From assembly GCA_003344405.1 (NCBI GenBank), contig NOWV01000135.1:124001-188000 (forward strand): a stretch of 64,000 nucleotides of DNA. The letters run 5' to 3'. The translations under genes and the position numbers were made by a program. The notes beneath the pieces are model-generated. The model saw only the letters and a list, made by a program, of their open reading frames with translations, was not told the DNA's origin and ran no database searches. Each line of letters opens with the position of its first letter. Position 1 is the first letter of the stretch. Shown here piece by piece: positions 12,321 through 26,959 of this stretch. The stretch comes from Trichoplax sp. H2 (Eukaryota).

Positions 12321-15300
12321 AGAATAGAAATAATCTGAATAGAGATTTGTATAGTTTTAATTAAATAGGTAGATGATATCACTTTCTGGTATCGAGCGAT
12401 TAAAAGAGATTTCAGTTAATATTTCATTTACATTGATGTTACATAATCCTATTAAGCGATTAGAAACATTATATGTATAACCAGGAAATCTAGCGTATTG
12501 AAATCCTTGGATGAACACAATCAAATATAAACTAGAATTGCAATATAATAAATAGTCTATAAATATCCTAAAAGAACTAATGCTACTCAAAGATGGCTAA
12601 TGTTCACGTTCAATTAATGGTCAGATTCTAGTATACTTAAATGAGCTTACTCAATTATGGTTAGCGATTACAATATAAAGATAGGAAACAATTTAATCTA
12701 GACTCTTTAATATAAAAATTAACATCTACATAGTAATTAGTAAGATAATGTATATGTAATTGATATCTGGAACAGGTCCTATGGAGCTCGAAAATAGTTG
12801 ACTATTATGAATTGTCATGTCTAAACGGCAATTAGTATTATCATATTTGCAAATGATGCCATTTTGGTGATATTTAGTTATTAGGACCCATCATACAAAA
12901 TTAGAGAAATATTCCAACTTTTTCAACTTGGAGGATATTTGGATAGTAATAGATTATTTGAGTACATTATTCCATTCAATCTTCTGATATGGTACCTGGT
13001 GCATAAGCCATTTAAGTTTATAAGTCTTTTTGCACTCTCTATTGCTCAGTCAATGTTACTAAAAGTCCAATTCTTTATTATGCTTCTACTGTATGTTTCA
13101 ACTGCCTATGAACTCCATTTTGCAAATATGACGACATACTTCATAAATGTCCGTAATTCCTAGGTCATCTAGGATACTAAAAGTTATAGTGTCCAACATC
13201 CAGTGCAAATGGACATTTCTACCTGATTAACTATTTTAATAAATCAAGGTTTTAATATTTTATTTTTTCATATCGTTTAAAGTATTTTTACTTTCTGCAG
13301 TTTTTCTATTACTTTATGACTTGCAATTTCTACCAACCTATATAAAATAGTTATGCTGTATATATATATACCTGTAACAAAAATTCGCTTATGTTCATAT
13401 GCATCATATTTCTTTGTCATCGCTAGGAGATACAGGTAGCTATTTATTACGCATTTAAAAACCCTTGATACTAATACAAAGTTTGAGATCTACATACCCG
13501 CGCAATATACGTATATTTATATGCTGTAAATGCGAGTATATATATATATATTACTATCCGCTATCAAGTACTATCAAATAGGAAATAGGTTTTTCTTATC
13601 CAGACGAGTACGTCAGCTGATCATAGATAAATTATCACATTCAGATAGATGTTTTAAGTTTTACCTGCAGATATGCCCCATGATTGCAGTTTATAGATCT
13701 ATTTATTTTCTACTTAACAATCCGTTATGACACTCTACAGTTTTAGACATTTCTATATTTACTTATTATTTCTCTTTATCATTGCCGTAAATGCATGGTA
13801 TCATCTTTCCTAGAAATATCGATACATTATAGAATAAAACTATAACATTAAAGTAAAAATTATACCGGCCATTTTTATGACATCATCTATTTATAAAGTT
13901 ATAGTTATTAATATCACAGTATTTTCTAATTTGTTCATTACACAAGGTCATGAATATTGGCACTATCTTTAGTAATCAGTACTGTCTTGCCCAGAAAAGA
14001 TCGAAAGGAATCTCATTACTACTCTAATGATTGATTTTGTCCTACTTTACCATTCATAACAATTGATTTCATCTTTTATGCTATCCAAATAGCCATTTTG
14101 GGCTTGGCATAGGAAATCAATTGGACAATAGATTAACGTGAAAATATCGCCATAGCTACTCACTATACGTTGACTATGACGTCAGGATTTTATTAATTAT
14201 GATTATTTATATAAGGAAGGTAAATAATTTTTCAGAACAATCACTATTACCTTATCAAAGTGTTGTTATTGAGGGCCCCTAGGTGGTCACTTTGTAGTAT
14301 TAATGGGTAGTATATTGACTGTGGATATTTTTAAACCCAAACTATGAGGAATTACGTCTTTTAAAAAGAAGATAGCTGATTATAGAAAATAGTCTATCTA
14401 TTTCCATGACAAAAGCTGCTACCATTTTATACGGTATCTTACTTGTATAGAGAGACAGCAGAAACACCAGTGATTGTGCATGACGTAAAATCCATATTCT
14501 TTTGCATGTAATCTTGTCTAGTCCTAGACTTATCCTCTAATTCTGTATAGACGACCGCGTCGTTCATCGCAGTATTTTGTCACATAATTAGACTGTAATA
14601 GAGTCTATTGATAATTATTAATAGGATAAGTTGCGATCGAGAATTTTTTAATTCTTGACTAGGAAACAAAGCTGTACTGTAGCCTTCGCGTATTTATCAA
14701 ACTAATCAATCAATTAATTGTTCTACACAGTTCTATCAGAAAATCAAATTGTAAGCAGAAGAAAATTATACATTTCAATCGGTCTTACTTTTTATATTGA
14801 AATTGATTTCCAGTTAATATTATCATCAATTCGGATTTTGAAAAATAAAGTAAAGAAAAGAAGCATTGGTCCATTTCTGACAACAGGTAAGGAAATGACT
14901 ACTTGTTCAGTAGTTTTAGGCATCGAAAAAGATGAATCTCTTCTACCCAATTCGATTTTGTTTTACTATTTTATAAAGTAATCTTGATCTTTAACATTAA
15001 CGTTGACAGTTTAGTCTGGAAATTAGGATATTGCTTCTTCATCATAATAGACTCATTCGATGATCTAAAATTTATCCTTAACTTTTGAAAATCAGTTTAT
15101 ATCCTCCATTACAAGTAATTATTGAGAACTGAGTTGCGATAAGTTGTTGTTTTAGGGGGTTTAAATGTCTTCTGTTTGGCATAAAGCAGTAGCGTTGTTT
15201 TGATTCTCTCCTGTGGAATAGTATAGGAAATTCATGACAACATGGAATAGACCGGCAGTAGAAGTAGTAGTAATTGTCTTCCTAAATCGATATCTAGAAA

Positions 15301-15572
15301 GATTGTGTCAAAATAAATAAAGTAATCATTTAACATTCAAGGAACATTGATTTAGCGATCAGCCATAGGAAGGCTATACTTAAATAATTAATATCAGTGT
15401 CGGTCAATCGATATTTCCTAATAACATTTTTCAACATTAGCTTTTGCTGTAAACTTAACAAGTATTTTAACATAAAATTGGGCGACTATTGGACTATATT
15501 TATCTCTAACGAAGAGAAGAAAGAGTCGATTAACGGTAAAATAATCTTTATTTCAGATTTCTATCATTTATC

Positions 15573-18500
15573 ATGACTTCACGAGTTTATCCACGCCAAA
15601 CGTCGATCGAAATGAAGCCACGAAATGGCCCACCTGAATACAATCGAGGTAAGATTTGCTTTATTTGACTAATCATTATAAATTGATTATTGAAAAATTA
15701 ATTTTTTCCTTACTTCGATGACAAATAGAGATATAGTTAACATAACAAGAGGATAGTATTAAGTTAATAGCCAACTCTTACTGAAATACATAGGATTATC
15801 ACACTCTTTAGAATTGAAATATTAGTGTTTCTATTTCCTATGTCTACAAACACCCACCAAAGTTAAAAGCATCCACGATCTTGTCTTAACTACAATCTAT
15901 TACAGTTGTAGAATGTAACTGTAGACAACATGGTGTTAAAAAACTATCAGAACTAAGAAATAGCTTGTTAAGTTCAATGATTATGCAATGGAGACCCTAT
16001 TGATTAGCAATATTCATATGCTGTCGGTACTCATTTTTCATCAAGTTGCAACGAGAATAACATTATCCGACTATAAGTCGCTTTATAAAGAGGCTTTTAT
16101 CCGTCAAGATCCCTTTGTCAAGTGATCATAAATTGATATATTAACTATACTTAGATAATGCTTACCTAAAGATAGCCTTCTCCATAACTATTACTTCGCC
16201 CAGTGTTAATAAATTAATATTCAAACTTCCTAGATACTGCTTTCCTAAAGAGCTGCTGTCTTCATCAATCTTACTTCGTTAAGTGTTAGTAAATTGAAAT
16301 TTGAACAACGTACACTTAATAACGTATACTTATTAGACATTACTTTCTTGTTAAAAATCGTTTTCTCCTACAATATCACTTTTTTAGGTGTTAATAAGTT
16401 GCAAACTTAACTATACTTAGACACTACTTTCCTAAAGAGCTGCTGTCTTCGTCAAGTGTCAGTAAATTGATATATGAGAACGTATACTTACTAGACACAA
16501 CTTTCTTAAGAAACCACTTTTCCCGTTAATGCGCTTACTCAGTGTTAATAAATTAATAACTAAACTATGCTTAGACATTACTTTCCTAGAGAGCTGCTGT
16601 CTTCTTCAATATTATTACAGTACCAGCAAATTGATATTTTAACAACATATACTTAATGCATTATGCTTATTACACATTACTTTCTTATTAAAATTGGGAT
16701 ACGTATCTAAGCAGCCTTCGCTACCACTTTGGATACATTTAAATAGTATTATTTTTGCTTAAAACCTCAGTGCGTTGTAGATATTCAATCAATGTAGATA
16801 AAATTTTACGATCCTTGGTACAATATTCAAGTTCAACTCTATTGCAATAATCTCTAAACTCTTCAAGTTTATATTGTGATATTGAACTCATTTTTGATAA
16901 AATACTCAGGGCTCTTTTGATATGAGTATCCCTCAGTTTTCATCTTGATATTTTAATAGTGAACTTTACAGATATTTCATCCAATTCGTTCTTGACAGAA
17001 CACTTAATCGTATTTGAATATGAGTTTTCTTCGTTTTATATTCCATTTTGCGACTTAATATTTAAATGGTTAACTTAAGAGACATCTTATCTAACTCCTA
17101 TTTGACGGAGTACTTTGAGAATAATTCGAACATGAATATCTCTCAGTTTTTATCTCTATATTTTGATCATAAATTTAACGGATATTTGCATCGAAATCAT
17201 CCCTAAGAGAATAGCACAATCTACTTTAATATTTCGACGGCTAGTTGAACGGATATCAACTACAATTCGTAGCCTTCAATAGACTCTTCCAGCTTTACTG
17301 CATATCACTACTACCATCCAAGAATTAACCAAGTTTAAGAGTGAACTCTGCTGAGCAGAATATCCAAGTTCTTATTTTCTATATTCCATTTCATTCATAT
17401 CAATCCTGAATTCTTTCTATTAGAAATATCGCGATCAGAATTGCCTGGCTCACCCATGCATGATGAAACTAAACCGAATAAGCCTATCTTAAGGCATACT
17501 GATACTCGCACTGGTCTGCAGAGACGTAAAAGTTCTCTCTTAACTCAAATGTTACCAAGTCGACAAGCTGTCCAATCAGTTCCTGGTGCTAACTTAACAC
17601 GTAAAACAATCGAAACGGAAAGGCGCCGTTCACTAGCGGCTCGATCATTAAGTCGTTTCCGATTGCAATCTGTGCCTGACGAAGCAGAAGAAGAAGAAGA
17701 TCAAAGCAATTATCACGAAAATCGCGTGAAATCAGGATTAGTTCGGCAATATGCATCCAGCATAAAGAAAAAACGTGAAGAGTATCAGTAAGTAATCACA
17801 TCTAATAACATTAGCAACGCTATGGCATAGCTACTTTGAATAAAGGGATACATTTCCCTTTCCAATACAAGGTTGTAAACTAATTACAAAGAATGAACAG
17901 ATAATTTTTTTTATTTACCTGGGTTAAAATAGGAGACTTCAAAGTGAAATGGCGTCAAAAAGGCCTCATCATATTCATAAAAAATATGGCGCAGTCAAAG
18001 ATTTGGTAGGTTAAATAGGTTATTGCTAACTTAGAGTTTTCTAAGAATTCGATAGAATGATTCTGACTAAGTACAATTTTTAGCTCAATTTTAAATGATT
18101 CGTCCATTCGATAATGTCTTACTGAGTTCGCTACAGCGACTAGTTAAGTCTTAAAGAATTGGTATCTATTTTAGTGTAGTTTAAGGTGATGGATTAATCG
18201 ATGTTTACCTTAAATTAAAACGAATCGGAATCCTTGCTAATCGATCTATTCACTTCTAGCTGGATCCAACCATGTCCAATACCCTCTACCGATTATTTTC
18301 ATAATTATTAATTATATTTTCAATAATTAGCTATAAATAATAGTAAAGACCCTATACAACTGTCAATTATTATTCGCCCATAATGGAGATATTAATCTCC
18401 AATATGATTTAATCAATCCGATTTGCAAACTATTTCCTATCCCGTTACGATATCCTTTCACTAATTAATTATATAATATAGTATGCTCTTATGAAATTGA

Positions 18501-21500
18501 TATTTATTATACTATAATTTAGCTTTATGAATTCACTTTGACCCTCATTTTATTAACCTTTGGAAGGAAATAATCTAAATGATGATCGCGAAACTAGCCC
18601 CAAATTAGTGACTAATTTACTAAATGACATTTACATCCATTTGTAAGCCAATTTCTTTCTATCCATTTATAATTTACCATTATGAATTAATTGCGGTAGC
18701 CAAATCTGTCAGATTAATAAAGCTTACAAGAAATAAATTGAAATTATAATTGCTAAAATAGCCTCAAATTAGCGGTTAATTTACTAAACGTTATCTAAAT
18801 CTATCTGTAGGCTAATTTTTTCTAACTGCTTATGATATAAAGTTGTGAACTAATTATAGTAGTCAAATCTGATCAAACAGTAAACCCTTTATTACTGTAA
18901 TTTGAATTTGGATTTATTTATAATCTACTTTTCTTAACCTCCATAAATTAATATAAATCAAATGGATAAACGCTGCAATTTAATTTGATCGTTTCCTTCC
19001 ATGAATGACATAAATATCGTCAATTAGGCACAAACCTTGCTATAAATTTTATAATAATTCGACTGTAAATTAGAAAAAATCGATGCCATATTACTTTGTC
19101 AATCATTATCTAGAATACATAAAAGCTTTACTGTCTATGAGCTACAATATTCGCATACAAATTAGTTCCTATTTTATTTCACATTTTCACCTATGAGAAT
19201 ATGAATACGCATTAAACGATGAAACAGAAAAAAAAAGTTAGATTTTAAATTCTCACGTACATCTTTTTCCCAATGTATAGAAGTGGAAATTATTCAAGCA
19301 AAGATTGAAGGAAAACTTTACTTTTACACTGTGGAAATCGCATTTGAAAGAAATTGAAGGTATTGATAGATTAATTTAGTAATTAATCATGGTGACTATT
19401 ACACTAAATAACTACGTGAAATTTATTACTATAAATTGTAGTTTTATTCATTTATACCGGTATCCTATAGCTAGAATATTTAGCTAGAAAATCACGTAGA
19501 ATAAGTGTGCAAATAATTTTTCATAATGTTATCAATTTTTATTCGTAAGTGAATTCAGTTGAAGGTAGAATCAGCTTTAACTTGAAGCCTGCTATTTAAA
19601 TCTAATATGCAAATTATCAAGTAAACTAATATTAAGTGTTATAAGTGTAGCTAAAGGCTCTTACCTCCTTTCATCTCTTTCCTAGGTCAATTTGGCAATG
19701 GCGTATTATCCTACTTCATCTTCCTCAAATGGTTATTCTTCCTTGATCTTTTACTCGGATTGCTTTGGTTTGGTTTTATTTGCATACCCGAATTTCTATT
19801 AAATGATAACGTGATTGTTAGCGCCGATTATGTCACCTTTAATGTATCTCAAAGCATTGCAGCGACAGCATCAGGTGCTGGCATCTATTGCAGTTCGGAC
19901 TATATCACAAATACCACTGCTAATACCAACCTATTTATTGTTATTATTAGCGGTAAAGTAAGTGCCTCCTTTCAATTATTTAGAATTATATCGATACAAT
20001 TTATCTTCTAGTTAATCTTGTTACTAATGATGCTAAATTCGTACTCATTTAATATTATTAGGGACAAATGGAATGTAGTCAACTCTTTTATGGCAATTAT
20101 ACTGCTGATGTTGTTCATACATCTGGGGTAGCATCGTATTTCAACGTTCCATTCGCCTACTTTATTATTACTTTAATCCATTTCGTCTTGAGTTTGATCC
20201 TTGTTGCACGCAAGTAAGTTATTGGACAAATATTGATATGGTAGAATTTACTTATGATTCATTATTTAAATTTAAATTTAGATTATGTCCTTATTTAATT
20301 AAACTCTACCATTTTGAATGTGATTCTGTACCATCAATATGAAGATTATTATTATTATTGCACTTGAAATATCGTATTTGTAAACTCAAATAATTTGTAA
20401 TCCAGCTCTCTATTTAGATATACAGAGTTATACTTTCTTGTTCTTGAAAATACCATAGTTGTTAACTATAAATCATTGCTAATCCAGCGCTCTTTTTTAA
20501 ATATGAAGGACAATACTTGCAGTTGGAATAATATAGCCATAGACTGCAAATCAATTCTAATCTAGCTCTCTTTTAAATAAAGAGAGCAATCAATTTTTGC
20601 ACTTGGAATATCATCACTGTAAACTATCGTTATTACTAACCCAGTTCTCGCACTTTAGATTTAGACAGTAATACTTTCTTAAAATTTTAAAACGGAGCAC
20701 ATTTATAAACTATAAATCATTCCTGATTCATGCTCTTTCTTTAACTTCTATTAGCGCTTCAGAAACTTACAGAAAGAGTTACATAGAAGGTGGTGATACT
20801 ATCCATCAGTACTGTAATAAAATTTTTGGCGGATGGGATTATTGCGTTTGTGAAGAAAAGGCGGCAGAATTAAAGAAGAAAAGTATTGCACACGATATTA
20901 AGGTATGTACAATGGATAAAGTACTATGCAGCAACCAATACTGCAAAATTTCCATCTCTAGCGAGATCATAAGTAACAATCATTGCTTTATCCTCAGGTT
21001 GATTTAGCTGAAGAAATTCGAGCCATTAAAGCTAAGCAGCGAAGTAATGGAGAGAAACTTGTCATTTATTCCAAGCGTCTGGTATTAAATATCGTCATTC
21101 TTGGTTTGTTGTGTGCAGCAGGTGTTGCAATTTACTATGCAGCTAATGAGACGATCCAGGTTTGTCAAATAGAATATATGACTTGATGGGTTAGCGTAGT
21201 AAAGTAGGAGGTAGTTACTAAAGGATTATTGTTATAGAGAGAGAGAGAGAGTACAGTACCGATAAAACCTGACAGCAATCAATTTGGATAGAAGATTTTG
21301 ACTAAATTCTATTTCTTGGTTACAGAGTCAAACGACCAACGCTAGTTCCGGTTTCTTACAATTATTAAGGAATTATGCAGCATCGCTAACACTTTCTGCA
21401 TTAAATATTATCCTGCCTTGGTTCTTTACCTTACTTATTCAATATGAAAATTATAGCCCAAACTTTGAAATTCAGCTTACTCTAGTCAGGTATTAGATAA

Positions 21501-23697
21501 TGACCATAATATCCTAAATTCTCTAATAAACGTCAAGCTCTAACGTATGGACAAGATTGCTTATATTATGTTTCCTTCCAAAGCAAGTCATGTTTATCCT
21601 ATCCTTAATGCTATTTCCTCCATATTTTTAATAGAACTGTCTTTCTCAAGTTGGCTTCGGTAGTCGTTTTGTTAGCATCATTGTTTGCAGTTACTCGTAC
21701 AGCAGCCTCATCAGGTGGATCAGACACTTTACTGGTTAGTATCTGCAAGTAATTAATAGTATGATTAAGAAATCTTATCAGGAGTGAATATAGACAGTAA
21801 TAGCGTCCAATTTTTAACAACCATTAACTAAGAATAAAACGACAACGTTTTTCCAGTGTTTTAGCAGAAAGAAATATCTCTTTCCATATGCAAAGTCATG
21901 ATTTCAGTAAATGTGCTTTTAATTAGATTGTGTAAATCATGTCCAGTTAATGGTTATAAATTGTTTTTGCTAGTGCTGGGAAACTTATGTTGGCCAGGAA
22001 TTATTCAAGCTCGTCATTATGAACTTTTTAGTGGTTGTCTTTGCAACTATCCTAGTCGAATTTCCTCAAAAGTAAGTTGATTTTTTATTCTTGACTGGCG
22101 ATTAAATAATGTGCATTGCTAGTAAGCTAGTTTTTTTAATATTCTCATTTTCACTATTTTGCTAAATGTAATTAATCAAAATATATTTCATTATATAGGC
22201 TTGTAGCAGATAAGGTTAATTTCGAAAACTGCTGCTTTCAAATAAAAAGACCTGAATTTCAAATCCCTAAAAATGTACTAGATTTAGTATATGCACAAGT
22301 ACTCTGCTGGTAAGATACGAATAATATTTCGGCTGAAAAAATGAACGATTAATCTTACAGTTACCCTGTTCTGTCCTCTATTCTACAACATAGGCTTGGT
22401 GCTTTCTACTGTCCCATGGTTCCCTTAATGGTTGTTGCTTCATTAATTATTATATTTTATGTTAAAAAGGTAAACAAAAATGGAATATGGAATATGAAAT
22501 TAAAATATTCCTTCAGATTTCCGACGAGAGCGGAGCTTCTTGGATATCAGTTGCATATATTTTGCAGTGCTGATTTTGTTTTCTTTCCTTAATCCTATTG
22601 CAGATTAGTCTTGTGTATAATAATCAGCCATCGCAGCGCCCATATCGTGCATCAAAATCCAATTCATTCTTCATGTTACTTTTAATCATCTCCTTCTTCT
22701 TGGCGGCCTTTCCAGTTGGCTATGGTTGGACTAGGTTAGTAGCTAAGATAATACTGAATTGTACTTGATCATGCTTTAATTAATATAAAATTTTCCTTTG
22801 ATTTTGTACTGTAGCAGAGAGCTTATAATATTCTCTCTAATAAGACAAATAGATCCATGTTATAAAATAGCTAAGCTGTCTTTAATTATCTTGCCTCTAG
22901 TTTAACTCCTTCCAAGCAATGTGGACCATATAGGTAAGATTTTCTTTTGAATCATACTATAGCCGTATTGTAAATTGCATTTTCAAGTAATGAAATATAA
23001 AAATGATATATATTCCTTTGTTCCTTGAAATCTTGTGTATAGGAGCCAAACAACTGTGATTACCGCTATTACTACCATTATGAGCAACAATTTACCTTCA
23101 GGACTTTGGAACTTTATTAACTTCATCTTCTCAGCTGGATTTGTCATCCCATTAATTCTAGTGATGTTGTAAGTAATAAACTAAATTGTAATATCCTTCC
23201 ATATGTAAGCAAATCCACTAAAGTTACCGTATCATCGAATCAATAGCTTAAAATTATTTCCAACTCTATAGCAAAACCAACCTTAAGATTCAGTTCGAAA
23301 ATCGCCTTTCTAATATATATGTAACATTTTATTTTTTTCTTATAGCTTGGGCATATACTACTTCCGGTCGTTAGCTAGAGCTCGTAGTCTTAAAATTCAA
23401 TTATTGAAAGAGCAGCTAGTCATGGTAAGGATAATATAGATATTAGAATTAATTGTGGAATTTTTAAGCCTAGGCGGAAAATAACTATGATCATGCGTAA
23501 TCTTTAGTTTTGAAAATATATAAAATGAATAAATTGTATGGTATCATAACTAATCAATGATGAAATATAAATAATAGGAAGGAAAAGATAAATCTTTCTT
23601 GCTAGAACAAATCAGTAAAGCAGAAGGTTTAGATGAAATTGAAGAAGAAGGTGAAGATAATTATAAAAATGTTAAAATGGAGGAAGATCGAGTTTAG
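15573..23697 (+). CDS. Transmembrane channel-like protein 'TMC-B' (TMC4/7/8-like), 18 coding exons, about 787 aa
   Basis: Exons 15573-15648, 17424-17787, 17933-18005, 19281-19359, 19686-19957, 20062-20213, 20755-20902, 20998-21159, 21326-21489, 21635-21734, 21974-22071, 22199-22309, 22394-22469, 22604-22734, 22901-22933, 23043-23168, 23346-23424, 23578-23697 join in frame. Motifs: [91 protein letters not shown]. Confidence 0.95.
16130..16690. repeat. Degenerate tandem repeat in TMC-B intron 1
   Basis: ctttccta(a/g)agagctgctgtcttc at about 16240, 16427 and 16581, alternating with gtg(t/c)agtaaattga...tacttattagacattactttctt subunits. Confidence 0.85.
18596..18872. repeat. Degenerate direct repeat x 2 in TMC-B intron 3
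   Basis: tagcc(c/t)caaattag..(c/t)taatttactaaa...gtag(c/t)caaatctg at about 18596 and 18759. Confidence 0.75.
20360..20745. repeat. Degenerate tandem repeat, about 80 bp x 5, in TMC-B intron 6
   Basis: Recurrent ttg(a/g)aata...aact.taaatcatt.ctaatc(c/t)agctctc.ttt.a.ata units. Confidence 0.8.
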
Positions 23698-26600
23698 TTT
23701 TTGTTCTGGCTCGTTGAATTAAGCTATATATAGATATATAAGACTGTAATAGCTTGCTTAATCTAATTATAATTGAGTTTGTTGAGGTTGATTACGTTAG
23801 GAAGAGTTACGACTTTGACTACTTTGACAGCACTGCTTCTGGAGTGCAGCTGCTTAATTTTTCCAACTGCTGTATTTTCTAACATTAAAATTTCTTTCTA
23901 AGAGAAGGCCAAATCTACAATGAATTCTATTTTTAAGAGTATAACAAGGCAATTAAAATATTGCTGCGATACATTTGTCATCATAGTTAGATTAGCCTAT
24001 TAATTATACCTGTATTGATTTTATATATAGTCGATAAATAATTTACATTTATCCTCATCTTGCTGACCTGTTGTGATTGGGTTACTCGTGTTTTATGGCC
24101 AGACTAAAATTTTTCTTACCGTAATATCGTTTTCTTACTTTATATTATATATCCCTTAACAGTAGCAGCAGTATAACTGCCATTCGGGTTATTTGGACGT
24201 CATAACGCTTTAATGCCCGTGATTTAATTTAATCAATGTAAGAATAAAATGTTAATTTTAAAGTCTATTTCAGGAGTGTCGATCTTAAATGTAGGAATAT
24301 ATTCGAGAAAAACGATAGAGAGATCATCAAGATTTTAGGCAGTTAAACATATATTTGCGAATAATTATTCTCAAGCCATTGATTATTACAATATCTTTTA
24401 CGTAAAATACTAAATGAACCGCATGTGCAAGAGTCAATCTTAAAATTTCCTTATAATATTAAATACGTAGCCGAGGTTACAGCTCTTACCAACTACAGTA
24501 AATAACTGTCTAGTAAATCTACGGATATTTTCACAAGAAGTCAGGGTAGATTAGCGTATTCGAATGAGTTTGATTTTCTTAAAATAGACTGCCCCCGTAA
24601 ATCTATAATATACGGCCACCCTAATGAAACACGGACCCCTATTCCTTTTCAAAAATTTCGCTTTCTATTGGACAATTATTAGCACAGAAAGTCCTTTAGT
24701 TTTAGTTATAATACTTTATAGTTAATAAAAGAGTATAAATTGACTGTATTGGAGCACACTCATAGGTGTTAAAGAGAGCGGATACTTTTCATAATAAGTG
24801 ATGACTGATGAGCATATTAGGATAGATTTGGCTTTCAAATTATGCTAAAAAGGAATGGTTGATTGCGTACAGGCATGAATTCGATTTTTAAATAAAGTTG
24901 TTTTGTATTACAAAACATCACAATATCAAATAGGGTACAAGTCATATCTTAATTTTCTTTTGAGATTCTGATATTCCATAGTATATGAAAATTGATAGAT
25001 TAATTTAAATTGCGCGGTTGATTTACAGATACCAATAACTTTTTATCATGACAAGCAATGCTGAATTAGTCTATAGTAGAAACTAGATGATATTCTTAAA
25101 TATTTGTATTTGTGCATGAACAACATTTTGGAAACAAGAGCTTTCCGTAATAAATGGCGGCAAATCAGTGTCTAGTAGATGGAGATTCGATCTTCAAGTT
25201 ATGTTGCGCATATTGAAGAATGTCGCAATATTAAATAGGTCATGATAAAATAAATAGATTTGCATGTCAGGTTATACTATTCCATGGTATATGAATAACC
25301 GAAAGATTCCGTGAGTTGGATTAGATTACAGAATTGACTTACAGACTGCAATAACCCTCTTTATGAGCGGTATAAAATTAGTATATAGGGGTATATTAAA
25401 CTGCTAAAAAAAATACTATTTGTAACAAAGAATATCATTCGTAAATAAGGATAAATGATTTGATGATATGATGTAACGGTAATTCTTTATTTTACCTATA
25501 AATCAAAATTGATATATCATACCGTTGGTTAGTTGATCTTTTGTTGTTAAGAGTTTTAAATCATCATTATCTAGTCTCTTTAATGTTATACCAAACCTGA
25601 TGGTTGATACATATCTGGATAAAATTGAAATTTGCAATACTTAGTAATTAGATCAGTATTATTTTGGTGCCCTATCTTTTACACAATATTCGTATCTCAT
25701 AATATCGGCGCATAAATTAGGTTAATAAAGCAGAACAGTCTATACAGTAGATTACCTCATACTATAGACCCATAAATTGACCGGGTAGATAGGAATACGA
25801 TACGGCAATTTTATAAAATTGAGAGACTAAATCAGTATTACTTAGTCGTTCTACTTCTTGTGTGACTTCATATACTAGAACTGCATAGAATTGAGCAAAG
25901 AGTTTATTTTCTATAGTCATTTCTAACCTATCATTTCATATTCTAGTGGTACTAATTAGATAATCGGGTCGGCATTATTTATAGTTAGCTTCTATATTTC
26001 CTACTCCATCTGTCATGATAGAAACATACTGTATATAAAATGTTCAATTAGACCTAAATTATTTAACCAGTCTGTTTTCTGTATAATTTATTAGGATAGT
26101 TTGATGTCTAAATTGGCCTTTTGTAAAGTCGATTGACCTTGTTGATCAATGGATGCTAAATTTGGAATTCATTAATTAATAATGAAAGCTATACTGTAGT
26201 CTTATGGAATAGAATAAAAAGAGAAAACAAATTGTATTCTCTTCTATTGGTTGAATACAGTATGAACCTATACAATATTTCTCAATTTTTAAGATATAAA
26301 AAAATTTTCAACACATACAATCTCTATTGGGTATCTACCTTTATAAGATAGGATATCATTGGGTACAGTTTAAAGATATAAGCTACTGGAACCAATTGAC
26401 GGTATGTTGTTCTGGAGAGAGAAATGTAATTAATAACCTTTTGATATTGATTACCCGGTATTGGCTAAGAATATTCTATCAAGGTTTTCGGAATACGAGT
26501 GATCTGAAGTATTTTAAAACATTATTCTAATTGTAGGGCTATACTAATTGAAAAGGATACAGCCATTACAGCCTACCTAGGATTGTTATTTGACATCGTA

Positions 26601-26959
26601 GCCGTTGACGGTATGCTGTCGTTCTGATTGATTAAAGGAGAAATAAATTTATTATTATAAAAGATAGACTAGTCTAGAATTTCATTAGCCAAAAATTAAA
26701 CTCTTACTCTGTCTTTCAATAACTTAGAACTGTTTCTAAAGTTTCTCATGTAATTGATTACAGTATTTATCTTGATCCATTTCGAAACTTGATCAATTTT
26801 TATTAAATTCGATGAGCAAAGATATCGAAATTTTGCTTTCCTTATCATTATCGTTGAACGTGTTTCAATCTGGGAAAATTATTATTGAGTTTCAATCTTG
26901 ATCTATCAATCATGGCATTAATTTAATGTTGGGATTTCATACATCTCACGTAGATTAGA

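Noticed and set aside
14177-14184. Perfect CRE palindrome TGACGTCA about 1.4 kb upstream of the TMC-B ATG
   Set aside because: A single 8-mer is expected about once by chance in a window this size, and the TSS is unknown.
8095-14981. Short ORFs from the six-frame track in the TMC-A/TMC-B spacer
   Set aside because: Low-complexity I/L/F/Y-rich translations typical of AT-rich non-coding DNA. Several overlap degenerate repeats, and none has a recognisable domain or a splice-consistent partner exon.
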